DNA of 63,978 nucleotides, filler included, from Fonticula-like sp. SCN 57-25 (lineage: Eukaryota): assembly GCA_001724245.1 (NCBI GenBank). It is 8 parts of 8 records of this genome, joined end to end, with 100 filler letters (N's around TTAATTAATTAA, not from the genome) between each part and the next. Parts side by side here need not be neighbours in the genome. Positions count along the whole stretch, not along the records: positions 8,080 to 16,054 come from MEDX01000320.1; positions 16,155 to 24,130 come from MEDX01000321.1; 6 more parts are not named here. One strand, written 5' to 3'. The stretch's first letter is position 1, and every line of letters begins with the position of its first letter. A program made the position numbers and the translations under genes. Shown in pieces: positions 11,097 through 22,986 of the stretch. The notes beneath the pieces are model-generated. The model was given only the letters and a program-made list of their open reading frames with translations, was not told the DNA's origin and ran no database searches.

Positions 11097-12824
11097 TCAG
11101 ACCTTGCTATTGCCCATGGCGTAGTCCTCCACACTGCCATCGAACCTTTTGCAGTTTCCGCGTGCTACGAGATATAGGTCCTCCGCAACAGAGTCAACAA
11201 AATGTCTATCGTGGGACACGACAACAACTGCCCCAGTATAGCTCTGAAGGGCAACAATGAGCGCGTCGATGCTTTCAAAGTCAAAATGATTGGTTGGCTC
11301 ATCGAGAACCAAAACATGGGGCTCGTTCCAAGCCAAAAGAGCGAGTATTAGGCGAGCGCGCTGGCCACCCGAAAGAGTCTTTATCTTTTGTAATGCAGGA
11401 CGGCCGCCGAGTCCGAATGCGCCGAGGTGACCGCGCAGTGTTTGCTCGTTGTTGCCGGGAAACCGCTGATCAAGATATGCGAGCGTTGTCTCGTCGTCGT
11501 CCAACGTTTCGGTAGCGTGCTGCGAATAATACGCCACTTGCAGTCCGGGCGCCCAGTAAACTTCCCCGGATGATGGCTTCGTGACACGGCACAAAAGATC
11601 AAGCAGAGTGGTCTTGCCTGCGCCGTTCCGGCCGATGATACTGATGCGGGACGTCGGCTCAATATCAAGCGTGATGTCGGATAGTACTGGCTTGGCGGCG
11701 CCGGGAAAGGAAAACGACGCGCGCCGAAATTGAATGAGCGGGCCGGTCGAGCGCAGCGGTGGCGCATCGGGTAGACGAAAGCGGTACTCGGGATCCACCT
11801 GCTCGGGCGAAATGCAGATGGCTTCAAAACCCCACGCCCAGGCCATATCAAAAAGCTTCCAGTAGCCGCCGTCCATGAGTTGCGGTCCATTAAGCTTATC
11901 CAGAGCAATGCGTCGAGATCGAACGCCGCCCAGGGAAGCCCGCTGATCGCGCCCTCGCGCATTCTGCTTCATTTTTTCGATGGACGAGAGGAGCCGCTGC
12001 CGCTCCGCCTCGTTCTGCTTTTGACGCCGCTGCTGAGAAAGAAGCGTCTCATGCTGCCGATGCCGAAAAGACCGAAAGTCACCTGGGTAATACTTGAGAC
12101 GTTCATTTGTAAAGTGGATAATCTCGTGCGCGACGCTGTTTAGAAACTCGCGGTCGTGAGACACAACGACAACGGTTCGCTTGAACTGGGAGAGGAACTG
12201 CTGCAGCCACATAATCGCATGTATGTCAAGGTGGTTTGTCGGCTCGTCAAGCAGTAAAAGGTCCGGCTCGTTAAAGAGCGCGCAGGCGAGGGCTACACGC
12301 ATGCGCCATCCGCCCGAGAGCTGCCCCATCGGCGCGTCCTGCATCTTTTGCGTAAACAACAAACCCGAAAGAATACGCCGAGCGCGAGCTTCCGCGGGCT
12401 CCGAGTCCATCATATCCAACTGCTCGATGATGTCGGCCTCTTCTTCTCCGCCGTCGTCGTCGGTGCGCTCCATCAGCTCGGCCAGGCGATCCTCCAGCGA
12501 CGTTCGCGCAGTGTCCGACCTTACAACCGTTTCAAGCACCGACTGAGAGGCCTCGGCTTCGCGAAGTTGAAACTGGGCAACGTGCACAATGCGGAGATGA
12601 GCAGGGATGCCATCAATCCGACGCGCGGCTAGCTGGAGAAGCAGCGTGGATTTGCCGACGCCGTTCGGGCCAACAAGACCGTAGTGACGACCGTGTGAAA
12701 GGCGAACCTCGGCATCAACCAAAAGATCTTTTCCGCAGACTGACAAGTTGACCTTGCGCACAGAAATGTCCCTCGAGCCGCTCTTGGCCGCCGACACCGC
12801 CGACACTTCCACCGCGGCCGCCAT
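11097..12824 (-). CDS. ABC-F family ATPase (ABCF3/GCN20-like), intronless
   Basis: Two NBDs without TM domains: GPNGVGKS..LSGGWRMR..LLDEPTNHLD and GRNGAGKT..LSGGQRAR..LDEPTNHFD; first ATG at 12824. Confidence 0.92.
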   Translation of the reverse strand: MAAAVEVSAVSAAKSGSRDISVRKVNLSVCGKDLLVDAEVRLSHGRHYGLVGPNGVGKSTLLLQLAARRIDGIPAHLRIVHVAQFQLREAEASQSVLETVVRSDTARTSLEDRLAELMERTDDDGGEEEADIIEQLDMMDSEPAEARARRILSGLLFTQKMQDAPMGQLSGGWRMRVALACALFNEPDLLLLDEPTNHLDIHAIMWLQQFLSQFKRTVVVVSHDREFLNSVAHEIIHFTNERLKYYPGDFRSFRHRQHETLLSQQRRQKQNEAERQRLLSSIEKMKQNARGRDQRASLGGVRSRRIALDKLNGPQLMDGGYWKLFDMAWAWGFEAICISPEQVDPEYRFRLPDAPPLRSTGPLIQFRRASFSFPGAAKPVLSDITLDIEPTSRISIIGRNGAGKTTLLDLLCRVTKPSSGEVYWAPGLQVAYYSQHATETLDDDETTLAYLDQRFPGNNEQTLRGHLGAFGLGGRPALQKIKTLSGGQRARLILALLAWNEPHVLVLDEPTNHFDFESIDALIVALQSYTGAVVVVSHDRHFVDSVAEDLYLVARGNCKRFDGSVEDYAMGNSKV

Positions 12825-12953
12825 CAGACCATGTCGGGTTTGCGCGGAATTGCGCAACACGTCAAATCATCGGGCCCGTGGGGTGTCAATTTTGATCACC
12901 CGGAGCAACTTGAAGTGGGGTACTTTGATCCACCCTTGCCTTTCAGCAGTACC

Positions 12954-14561
12954 ATGCGCTGGGCTGGGGCTATCGTGCTGCTCGGCCTTGCTGCCGTAGC
13001 GGCCTCTGCGCCTCTTCTCCGTAACGCCACTCCCGCTGAGCAGCTGATTAATGCCGCTTTTGCTGGCAATGAAGCGTACTCTCGCCTTGCAGAGATGACG
13101 GACACGTTTGGCCCCCGCATCTCGGGGTCGGCCGCCCTCGAGGACTCGATTGACTGGGTCGTAGCCAAGATGCAAAGGGACGGCTTCCACAATGTTTACA
13201 CCGAGCCTGTCAACGTTCCTCTTTGGGTTCGCAACGAAGAGTACGCGTACATCACGACCCCTCGCCGTGCGGATATTGCCATGCTCGGCCTCGGAGCGTC
13301 CATCGGAACGAACGGCTCCGAGATCACCGCCGAAGTTTTGGTCGTCAGCAGCTTTGATGAGCTCGAGGAGCGGTCGGCTGAGGCGCGCGGAAAGATTGTT
13401 CTCTTCAACGCTCCCTTCGTCAGCTACGGCGCTTCGGTTGTCTACCGCTTCGAGTCGGCGTGGCGTGCTGCGGAGCACGGCGCCGTCGCGAGCCTCATCG
13501 TGCGTCCCTCTACGTGATGAGGGTCACTTATGTTTTTATTCTAGCGCTCCATTACGCCGTACTCGCTCAACACCCCGCACACCGGTGTCATGGATCCCGC
13601 GACGATTCCCGGCGCTGCCATCTCGACCGAGGGTGCGCTTTTTTGTTTATACCTGCCGGCGGCATCCACTAATGCCGAGATCGCCAGATGCCGACATGCT
13701 TCACCGCATGCAGGAGCGCGGCGACGTTATCACCATGACTCTTTTCATGGGAGCCGAGAATGTTGGCCGCGCCGAGTCGCGCAACATCATCGCCGAGCTC
13801 CTCGGTACCGAGTTCCCGAACGAGGTCGTCGTCATTGGCGGTCACATTGACTCTTGGTACGCTGCCATTTTAAAAGCATGGGTATTGATGAGTTTAATGC
13901 AGGGACGTTGGCACTGGTGTTGTCGATGATGCCGGAGGTGCCTTTGTGGCGTGGGAGGCGCTCCGCCTGATGGCCAAGCTGAACCTGCGCCCGCGCCGTA
14001 CTGTCCGCGTCGTCTTCTGGACCGACGAGGAGAACGAGAGCAGCGGCGCGGCCGTGTACTACCAGAACCGCCCGGAGGAGATCGCGACGACCTCCTGGGC
14101 CTTTGAGTCAGACGGTGGTGTCTTCAAGTGCGCCGCTTACTTTCTGATTTGTGTTTTCTTTTCTCACCTTGCTGATACAGCACGCGTGGTATTGGATTTA
14201 CCGGCAGCGCCGAGGCGTTTGCGATTATGGAGGCCATCGGTCAGGAGCATCTCTCTAGCATCTCGGCTGGCAACGTTACGACCGGCGGCGGCGGAGTGGA
14301 CATTGACCCGCTCTGCCAGCGCGGTGTGCCTTGCTCTTCGCTTAACGTTGTCGATGGCGAGCGCGACGACCGGACCGACTCTTACTTTTACTATCACCAT
14401 TCGTACGCCCCACTTTGGTCCCCCGCCGGTTACTAAGGGTGGGATCTAGGGCCGGAGACACGCTGTCGGCTGTGCGCGAGAGCGAGGTTACCCAATGTGT
14501 CGCTGCCATGGCCGTGTGGTCTTACTACGTGGCCGATCTCGAGGACCTTCTTCCGCGCTAA
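12954..14561 (+). CDS. CPQ: Carboxypeptidase Q (M28 peptidase with PA domain), 6 exons
   Basis: Signal peptide; DTFGPRISGS, LGLGASIGT, RSITPYSLNTPHTG, GGHIDSWDVG, DDAGG, WTDEE, ESDGG, YFYYHH; introns start at 13500, 13633, 13857, 14128, 14403. Confidence 0.9.
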
Positions 14562-15001
14562 GCGGCCATGCACCATTTAGCATTCACTACGATGTCATAC
14601 CCGAATAGACGATTAGAATTTTGATGGTCTCGTGCATCCGCCTCTCTCGCATCGCGCCAGAGTGGTCTAGTTTTAAAATATGTTTGCGGTGTGCCCATAT
14701 GCCTAAATTCTTGGGTAGTCGTCTATATCTGAGCAACATGCCTGCCTGCACACAGATGGGGGGGTGCACGATGAGCCACCAATCAAAGAGAGTCCAGCAG
14801 ACTCTGCCCCAGATTTCTACATGTGAATCTGCCACCGATTGATCCGCTGATCAGGTGAGCACTGATTGGCCCACTCCGCCCCGTGACGTAAACTCCGTCG
14901 GCAGATTTGACTTCCGGCGGCAGGGAGAACAGGTAATCGCTACTGCCGCTGAACACACACACACACACTTCACTTGGTTTTGCAGCACGTGTGTGGACGC
15001 C

Positions 15002-16054
15002 ATGGCCGACCCAGCTCCGCTATGGGAGACGATCGTCACCCTCGTCCTGATCGTGCTCATGTTCATCGTGCTGGCCGTGGACAAGTTCCCTCCTGATTTC
15101 GTCATGTACTTTACGGTCGTGATCCTCACCGCGTGCGGCATTATTAGCATGAAGGACGCGTTGTCGGTACGCATCCCACGACTCTGGGTTGTGGTTGTTA
15201 ACCGATGTTGATTGCAGGGCTTCTCCAACGAAGGCATGATTACGGTAATGGTGCTATTCATAGTGTCGGCCGGCGTTGAAGCATCGGGCGCAATCGAGTA
15301 CCTCAAGCGGTTCCTGTTCTTCCGCTACAAGAAGGGCGAGTCGCTCCCCCTCACGCTCCTCCGCATCAGCATCGTGCTCGGCATTGCCAGCGCGTTCCTC
15401 AACAACACTCCTCTTGTCGCGATCTTCATCCCTGTCCTGGACGACTTTTGCAAGGACAACGGCCTCGTCCCTTCAAAGATCATGATGCCGCTGTCGTACT
15501 CGGTGATTCTGGGCGGCACGCTCACCCTCATGGGCACGTCGACCAACCTCGTCGCGATCGGTCTTGCCGAGGCGACGATCCCCGGCTTTTCGATGGGCCT
15601 CTTTGACATGGCGCGCATCGGTCTGCCCGTGTTCATCGCCGGCTCGCTCTATATTGCCGTGTTCACCGACGTCCTGCTGCCTGAGCGCGTCAAGTCGAGC
15701 ACGCTCGACGTCCTGGACGACCCGCGCGAGTTTGTTGTGTCTGTCATGGTGCAGGAGGACTCTGTGATTGTCGGCCGCACCATTGAGCAGGCGGATCTCC
15801 GCAGCCTCCCGGGCCTCTTTATCGTCGACATTATCCGTGGCGAGCAGAGCATCCCCGCTCCCGCGCCCAACACGGTCATCTGCGCTGGCGACCAGATCGT
15901 GCTCGCCGGCGACGTCGACACGGTCGTCGCCATCACGCGCACGCGCGGCCTGGCCCTCGTTGAGGACCCGCAGCACCACGACCTCCGCAAGCTCCGCGGT
16001 GACCGCCTCCTCGTCGAAGCCGTCGTTGGCAACCACACGTCCCTCGTCGGCAAG
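15002..16054 (+). CDS. SLC13/CitMHS-type permease with TrkA-C domains (SLT-like Na+/sulfate transporter), 3'-partial; intron 15167-15217
   Basis: GFSNEG, SAFLNNTPLVA, MPLSYSVILGGTLTLMGTSTNL, then a TrkA-C domain (GRTIEQADLRSLPGLFIVDIIR). Confidence 0.88.
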
Positions 16055-16154
16055 NNNNNNNNNNNNNNNNNNNNNNNNNNNNNNNNNNNNNNNNNNNNTT
16101 AATTAATTAANNNNNNNNNNNNNNNNNNNNNNNNNNNNNNNNNNNNNNNNNNNN

Positions 16155-16629
16155 GTATCCTCACCAACCATTATCCGTGCACGCGGCATCTTCCACTCCT
16201 CGCGCAAGCGTGGAGATCCTCCGTGGACTAGTTTCACAACATCTTCCGAGCTTCGGCTCGACATCTTCCGGCTGCGCGATTCAGTTTCGCATATCACTGG
16301 TGGCTGTTGTCATTTCAGCATCTTCTGATCGTCAGATCATCATCCTACTTTCGTCGCATGATCTCTTTTGTAGTGTGTGTCGATTGTCAGCTCTTTTGTA
16401 GGTCATTGACCTTGGGCAAATAACAACGAAACCAACCCCTAAGATCCTTGAGTGCCTCGGCAATTCAACAAAAAGCAGTTTGTACCCCGTGAATACAGTG
16501 TCTTCTCCCCGTCTTTTAACACTCACTGCGAGTGATCGGCGAGCGCAGCTCAACATTTCGTAGTGTGTGTCGATTGTGAGCTCTTTGTAAAGGTCATTGA
16601 CCTTGGGATTAATAACAATTACCAACCCC
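16155..16629. repeat. Copy of the dispersed repeat family with an internal partial duplication
   Basis: Matches 10581-10848; GTAGTGTGTGTCGATTGT..GGTCATTGACCTTGGG..ACCAACCCC occurs twice (~16370 and ~16560). Confidence 0.85.
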
Positions 16630-16776
16630 GATTCTATTGCCGTCACTAACATATACGATATTCCGGGGTTGCCTGTATATGAAATCATGGAAAACAGAAC
16701 ATGTATTGATGCGAAGATCTGGATTGGAAGTGGAGACCACCCTCAAGAAAACAGGCAAAACGCATAGGCTATAATA

Positions 16777-18596
16777 TTACGCTTTGCTTACATAAGTAAC
16801 AATGACTGTGGGCTGCTCATTTGCACGATACATTGTGAAGGTCGAGAAGTCGTCCGCGTAAACAACGTACCAAACGTTATCGCAAAGTGTCGTTAAGTTC
16901 GGGGTGGTACGCCGAAAATCGATGACAACCCAGTTTTTGAGCCCAAAGGAAGCGTACCGCCCAGTAGTGAATCGAGAAACGTGCTCTTCCAATCGGGAAC
17001 CTTCACGGGTGAGTTCTACACCCCATTGAAGGTTGCCGTCGAGGTAAAAGTCCATGAAGGCATCCGCATGGCCAAACCGATACCCGGCCTCTGTAACGAC
17101 GATCCCATCACGGATGTTGATGGTGGATGTAGCGGCCACGTAAAACTGCTTTTGCCACGCGTCCTCCAAGGGATCGGGGCGTAGTTCGGCGTTCTGAGAA
17201 ATACGCCTCCCATCAATACGACGTAGAATTTCAGTCAGAACCGCCTCGAAGGAGGCCACCGTGGGTTCAGGATAAATGCCAGTTGTCATCAAAGCTCTAA
17301 GCATGACGTCAAAGATTATTGGGGATGAAAACTGAAGCGAAAACTTGTCCTCTTGAACAAGAATCCCATTGCGAACAAAGGTCTGGAAACGAAGGTCTCC
17401 AAGCCCAAGGGAAAGCCGAAGCTCCTTATTGCACTCCAAAATGGCCTGTCGTGTAAGACCACGAAGTTCGCTATTCGACTGCAGTGGCAAATCTGTCACC
17501 CAAAGGAACGGGCGAGAGTGAAAGAGTTGACGACGAAACGAGTGCGAGAGTAGATAGCCAGGCTGGCTACTCGTAATGAAGCGGTCCTTGCGAAGGACGT
17601 ATAGAGCATATCGAAAGATACCTGCGTAGCCGCCGCTCAAATTGTACAGCCCTTCGACAATGTCTTCCGTCAACGTCATCCCCCCATGCCAGTCGGCGTA
17701 CTTCTGAGCCAGAGACTTCGCCTCACTGGGACGCAGGCGAAGCGAGCGAAGACCAAACTCATAATCGAACGAGATAGGGGAGACCTGCAGAACTGCTTCT
17801 GCTCCATAGGTCGCAAGGAACAAGAAACAGACAGGCGAGTTCTTAGTAAGTAATTTCTTGACCATAATCCACAAGGAATGAAACTTGGCCATGTCGTATA
17901 AAGTCTGCGCCTCGTCAATAATGACGAGCGTAGGTTCATTGATTTGTGTCACAAGGTTCCAGTCATCACCACCAGTTACCGAATCCCAAATTTTTTCGAA
18001 GGAATCAAAAGTCTCCGTTCCGAAAATGTCGACAATTTTCATCCCTTGAGTAGCGGCATATTCACCGACAACTTCGCCGAATGTTGTCTTGCCCGATCCC
18101 GGAGGCGCCCGTAATAGAGTAGCGCGCTTTTCGATGATGGAGTCCAGGATCGTCCTAAGACGAGCTTCTTTGTTTTCCATAACAAAAAGTTTATGGTCAT
18201 AGCCCTCTTCGGGACTCCGCACAGGGCGACGGCGAGTGGGCACTGGAGGCGCGCTGTCGTCAATCATCACCCTCAGCCGAACATTAGGCACAACGTCATC
18301 GTCGTAGTTAACTTCAGCCTCATTGCCACCAATGTCACTCCGCAAAAGCTACGGCCGGGCAAAATGGGCGCAGGGGGCACCCCAAAAACGTTAGCAAAAA
18401 ACGGTCAAAAGTGCGCGCGAAAAGAAATGCGTACGTGGATGTTGTCAGGCCGAACTGTTTGTCCACTCCTGACACAAATGTCCCAAATGTACTTGCGGAC
18501 ATCATCCCAAATATACACTTGGTCGCGCTGAATGTCGCAGCTGCCGCTCGCGTCTCCCGCCCAATACACGCGCGGGCGCCTCGCTTGAGTCGCCAT
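16777..18596 (-). CDS. Crinkler (CRN/CR)-type effector: header + P-loop NTPase + PD-(D/E)xK nuclease (intron 18349-18434)
   Basis: N-terminal ~85-aa header (MATQARRPRVYW..DNIH/LL..LRVMIDDSAPP), Walker A RAPPGSGKTT, Walker B VIIDEAQ, C-terminal EDAWQKQFY..TE..MDFYLDGNLQWGVELTREG..EHVSRF..VIDF typical of CR-REase. Confidence 0.8.
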
Positions 18597-19129
18597 CGTC
18601 GACTGGGAAAGGAAAAAAAGGCTGAGGTGGGAATCCCCCAACTGATGACGTATATTTGCTGAGAAGTCTGCCCTCAAATCCACCCCTGCTTACTGTTCTT
18701 TTTTAGCGTAACGATAATCCGGGGTGGAATCTGGTAAAGTTACCAGCAAATCGCGCTGGACTGCTGCTGCTGGCGACATGGTGACCAGATGGTGGCTCTC
18801 CGGTGACTGAGCTCACAAGAGCCCAAGGAGAGCAACAACAAGAACGATTGCTGGCGCCAGGACGCAGCGGGATATTGCAGAAATGACTAAGAACCTTGTC
18901 GCTGATTCATTGAATGCCATCGCATCGTTTGATGTTTCATCGAGGAAGCTGCGGCCGAGGATGCCAAAGGCAGGCACAGAGAAGAACAAGACCAAGGGAA
19001 TGAAGGAAGCTCGCGTTGCAACGCCCGGTGCTGAGAAAGGCGCTTCAGTGGCGAAAGGTCACGAAGGAGGAAGACAGATGCTGAGCTTCAAGAGCAGGTC
19101 AAGCAAGCTGCGTTGGAGGCCAGGAGGCG

Positions 19130-20046
19130 AAAATTGTCGGCCACTGGACCATCGCCGACCTGCCCCTTATCGCACTAGGCAGTTCTGGAGTTGTTATTTG
19201 AGTGATTAAGGCCCCGTTTTGCAATGATCTGTTTGCGATGAAAGCAGAAGTGGACATGCCGACCTGCTTAATCGGCTATGAGGTGAACTTGCTGCGCCGC
19301 CTAATCTCGATCAACTGCCGTACGCAGCGTCCTCTTTTTTAGTGGCCACGCTGCTCACGGGTGTATATTTTAGCCAGTGTTCCCACTGTGGTTGATTTGA
19401 TTTCGACACCGTCTCGTTGGGCGGCTTGCTGGTGATGTTCCATGTGTGCTCGATGCTCGGCGATACACTGCACCGGCGCGTCAAAGACAACAACGGGATG
19501 CCCTTGAACGACGTCTATAAAGTCGGCCATGACATTGTACGCCCTTCCTTTTTATATATTGCGTTTGCTCATGTTGCTCAGCTGCAGACGCTAAAGGCCG
19601 TCCATTCGGATGACTTCTGCTACAACGATCTTGAACCGGCCAACATTCTATGGCATCCTTCCGCGCAAGCTTGGGGCTTGGTTGACTTTGACTGCTCGTC
19701 CGCCCCTTTCGAAAAGATTCACATGTTTGACGGAACGCCCATGTTTGCCAGCTCGCGCGCGCTCGAGCGTGGCGGGTGGAAGATGCTGGACGATTTCGAG
19801 GGGCTGTTGAGGGTGCTCGTGTGGTACGTTAAGGTCGAGCTGCCGTGGCAGTCATTGGTGTCATCTTCAGAAGCGTTCAAGAAAGACTCGCAAAGGTATC
19901 ATGATTACTATCGGCGCCGCCTGCCTTTTATCGCCGAGCTGGCGCTGCCCGACAAGCTGTACAAGTTTCGCGCGCGCATTGAAAAGGACCGCGGAGCTGA
20001 GCAACCCGATGCCGCTCTTTATGCTTTTTTTGCTCATTGTTGTTGA
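19130..20046 (+). pseudogene. Disrupted CK1/TTBK-like (fungal-type-like) protein kinase
   Basis: IALGSSGVVI* (TGA 19199), FAMKAE..YEVNLLRRL, 1-nt frameshift at ~19396, YNDLEPANIL, LVDFD, GTPMFAS, DDFEGL, LPWQ; introns at ~19320 and 19537-19581. Confidence 0.7.
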
Positions 20047-20307
20047 CGCTTTGTACTTTATCATTGCAATATGTATTGAAATATTCATATTGGTATTGCC
20101 TGTTGTGCCGCTCGAGTTATCAACTATAGGATTGAAATCGGCCTGCAGCCATCACTATTGTATACAGCGGTCATTCAATTTTCGGTAAAATTCATATTCA
20201 TTCCTTATCATTAGTGGTAGTCAACCTGTGACGAAACTCATACTCATAATATACAAGAGAGCGACAAATGCTTAAAGTGCTTGTGCTTGCGATGCAAATA
20301 ACAATGC

Positions 20308-20910
20308 TTAAAAGTTGGTCGTGACCATGAATAAGAGAACCAAAATATGACCCGTGAATACAATTATGCTGGTGGCCAGAACGAGCTGGTTTCGTACTCG
20401 AAACTTGCCAATCTCCAGGTCACCAAACGTCATCAGGAAACGCCCGACGGCGATCAGCGAAAAGGCGAGCCCGACCGCCAGGAAGAACATCGCATACACG
20501 GCCGTCGAAGCATTAAAATTCTCGCTCAGGATCGTCAGGCTGATGCCGATAAGCGTCAGCGAGCCACGTGTCCACGCCCAGTTGGTGCGCTGTGCAGCTA
20601 CGGGGCCGACGTTAGTCAAATGATACGTCAGCAGCGGCATGCGTGCTAGGTTGTCTAGTGTAAAATCTACATGAACGGGCGTTACTACCACCTTTGGGTC
20701 TTCGCCGAGGTGCTCCTCTTCCTCCCAGAGCAGGTCGCTCGGGTCGCCCTCGCGCTCGTGCGCGTAGCTCGCCGTCGACATCAACGGCACTCGGTCCATC
20801 TCGCCGTCGGCATCAACGAAATCTGGGGTGGAATCTGTGGATGATGCAAGCAAACGCTGTTGCCTGCAGCCTGCTCGCTGCTGCTCGCTGGCTGCTCGCT
20901 GGCTTTCCAT
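20308..20910 (-). CDS. DUF202/YidH (VTC1-like) small membrane protein
   Basis: AAQRTNWAWTRGSL resembles the DUF202 ANERTFLAWIR motif; three C-terminal hydrophobic helices. Confidence 0.7.
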   Translation of the reverse strand: MESQRAASEQQRAGCRQQRLLASSTDSTPDFVDADGEMDRVPLMSTASYAHEREGDPSDLLWEEEEHLGEDPKVVVTPVHVDFTLDNLARMPLLTYHLTNVGPVAAQRTNWAWTRGSLTLIGISLTILSENFNASTAVYAMFFLAVGLAFSLIAVGRFLMTFGDLEIGKFRVRNQLVLATSIIVFTGHILVLLFMVTTNF

Positions 20911-20970
20911 GCTTTCCTTGAGTGACTCGATGTTACGGGTGCTTTCCTTGAGTGACTCGATGTTACGGGT
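20911..20970. repeat. Perfect 30-bp tandem duplication abutting the start codon
   Basis: GCTTTCCTTGAGTGACTCGATGTTACGGGT x2. Confidence 0.95.
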
Positions 20971-21791
20971 ACTCGAGTACCCTAGAGGTTGTGGCGTCTG
21001 ATGGGATGAGCGCCATTGAAGTCATGTAATTGTGCGCTGTCTCTATTGTGATTCTCGCAGTTTCTAATCTGTGTCTAGAACTTCGTACCGTCGCAAGAGA
21101 TCCTGTGGCCCACTGCCGTGAGCGGGTGGCCATTCTCGTGCGTGTCAGCAGGATTTGCTTCAAGCCGTTTCTTTCTCAACTCATCATGCGGCGCGGTCAC
21201 TGTCGTATTTTGTAGCTGGAGCTGTCGCCCAATAATCCCGCCGTCGCCGCGCGACCTTTGCTGCCAGTGCTCGTCGCTGTCCTTCACGTGCCAGATGCCG
21301 CGAAGAGCGGCTTGAGTTTTTCCGACACTCACACAAGCATTTTTGTGACGCGCTTGCTTTGCTTCCTTTCATTTTGTATACGGCTTGTTTCTTGCTTGGC
21401 CGATGACGAGCACGGCGGCATTCTGACCTGCGTCGCTCGCCGGGGCTGTTGATCATTATGAGCGATCTGCCTCGTGTATACGTGTGGCGCACGTCGATCT
21501 GGTCGGGAGTTTAATCTCTGTGCAACTGCCACCCGCATGGACATAACTCTTGCGTCGCGCGCTGGCGCCGTTCTCGCGGAGCTCGACAGGTGTGACACGG
21601 CGTCTCCAGTTGAACGATGCAGAAAGTCAGCTGAGGCTGACACAATTTTATAGGCGCTGGTTGCTGCCAGTTTGTTCGGGATTAGCCGCCCGGTTGAAAA
21701 TGCGAGTGAGCTGCAGCAGGGAGGTGTGCCTGGGCTTTTTCTGTGTTACGCTACGTACAAATAGACAACTCCGAAATGTTTAGTTCAAACC

Positions 21792-22687
21792 TCAAAAGCG
21801 AATCCCATCCGAGTAGAGAAAAATTGGGGCGAATACACTAAAAGCAGCAAGAATACAGCTCACGCCAAGAAATCCTGCAGCAATACTTGCCAAGGCTGTG
21901 TGAACTGTGGACCCAAAGAGCAAACATCCCAGAGCAACACAGAGACACACCAAGGAAAAGGTTGTTAAGAAAAGAGCGGTTTTAACAGCTAATTCGACGT
22001 GGTCGCACTGCCTACGCACACTCGCCCATGTGACATCCTTCTCCCAGTCCGGGCGATCAAACACCAGGTCTCTCCAATCCCTTCGAAAATCAGGGAAGTG
22101 CGTAATCATATGGCCTTCCCAGACTTCGTTTGAAGCATCGGTGAGTCTTGGAAGATCGGTGAGTCTTGGAAGATTCTTATTCATATTATCGTAATAAAAG
22201 GTTTCCCAGTGACGGTGCCTCTCATTGTCCGTCATATCACTGTGTTGCTTCAGGAAGCTGCCGAAATTATCGGCGACATCCCAGGAGACACGCTCAGCAC
22301 TTGACAGCCAGGAAACACACAACAGCGATACGGAAAATGCGACGCAGCCAAGTGCAACGGAAAGGTCAGGCAAAACACTGGACCCATCATCGATCCCTGC
22401 TGCGGAGCCGCGGCTTGCTACAAGGCTGACGCCGATGAAGGCAGACGATAACAGAAAGCTATTCGTCTGGCGAAGGCTGTCACACCAAACAGGATGGCCT
22501 TTCATGTAGGATTCTCGATAACTTTCCAACTGACGGACGGTGGATATCCCGGGTTTTTTGACGAGGGGGACGCTTTCACTCCCGGTTCCGGTACTTGATA
22601 GGGGACGCCGGTAGTCTGCTCAATAGTCTGGGGTGATTTTTTGAAAGCGGACGCTACGGTTTGAAACCACCCCCGAATGAAGGACAT
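21792..22687 (-). CDS. Hypothetical 4-TM membrane protein (probable intron 22530-22594)
   Basis: 245-aa ORF with two pairs of hydrophobic helices around a Trp-rich loop; a GTACCG..CAG intron would join it in frame to upstream MSFIRGWF. Confidence 0.55.
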
Positions 22688-22986
22688 CCTGCTTGTCGCA
22701 AAACAACACGCAGACACAGCGAGCCTGCGGCATGGAGCACCAAGCGGGGTGACCTGAATAGCATTATTGAAACCGCTCGCACAGTTTTCGTGTAATCGAC
22801 TCAACAGGACGTCATTTCGACGTAGTTAAGGATTCAAGGAACGGCCCATGCACGGGTGGCGGGCTGGCGGCTCCCGAGCTCCGGACCAGACTCCCGAAAT
22901 AGTTGTTTAAAGGAAGCGTCTGAGTTCAAGCTTCTGGTCGCTTTCTGGGTCGTGTGCGTCATTGCAAGCGCAAGTTTGGATTGGCC

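Noticed and set aside
11097-12824. Intronless ABC-F as a bacterial antibiotic-resistance (ARE) gene or contaminant
   Set aside because: Motifs (GRHYGLVG, SGGWRMR, LSGGQ.AR) are of the eukaryotic ABCF3/GCN20 type, and it shares a contig with intron-containing genes.
19199-19201. In-frame TGA in the kinase (and in the repeat frame) as stop-codon reassignment or selenocysteine
   Set aside because: It co-occurs with a frameshift, and TGA, TAA and TAG all terminate intact genes (Rab4 TGA, CPQ TAA, XRN2 TAG).
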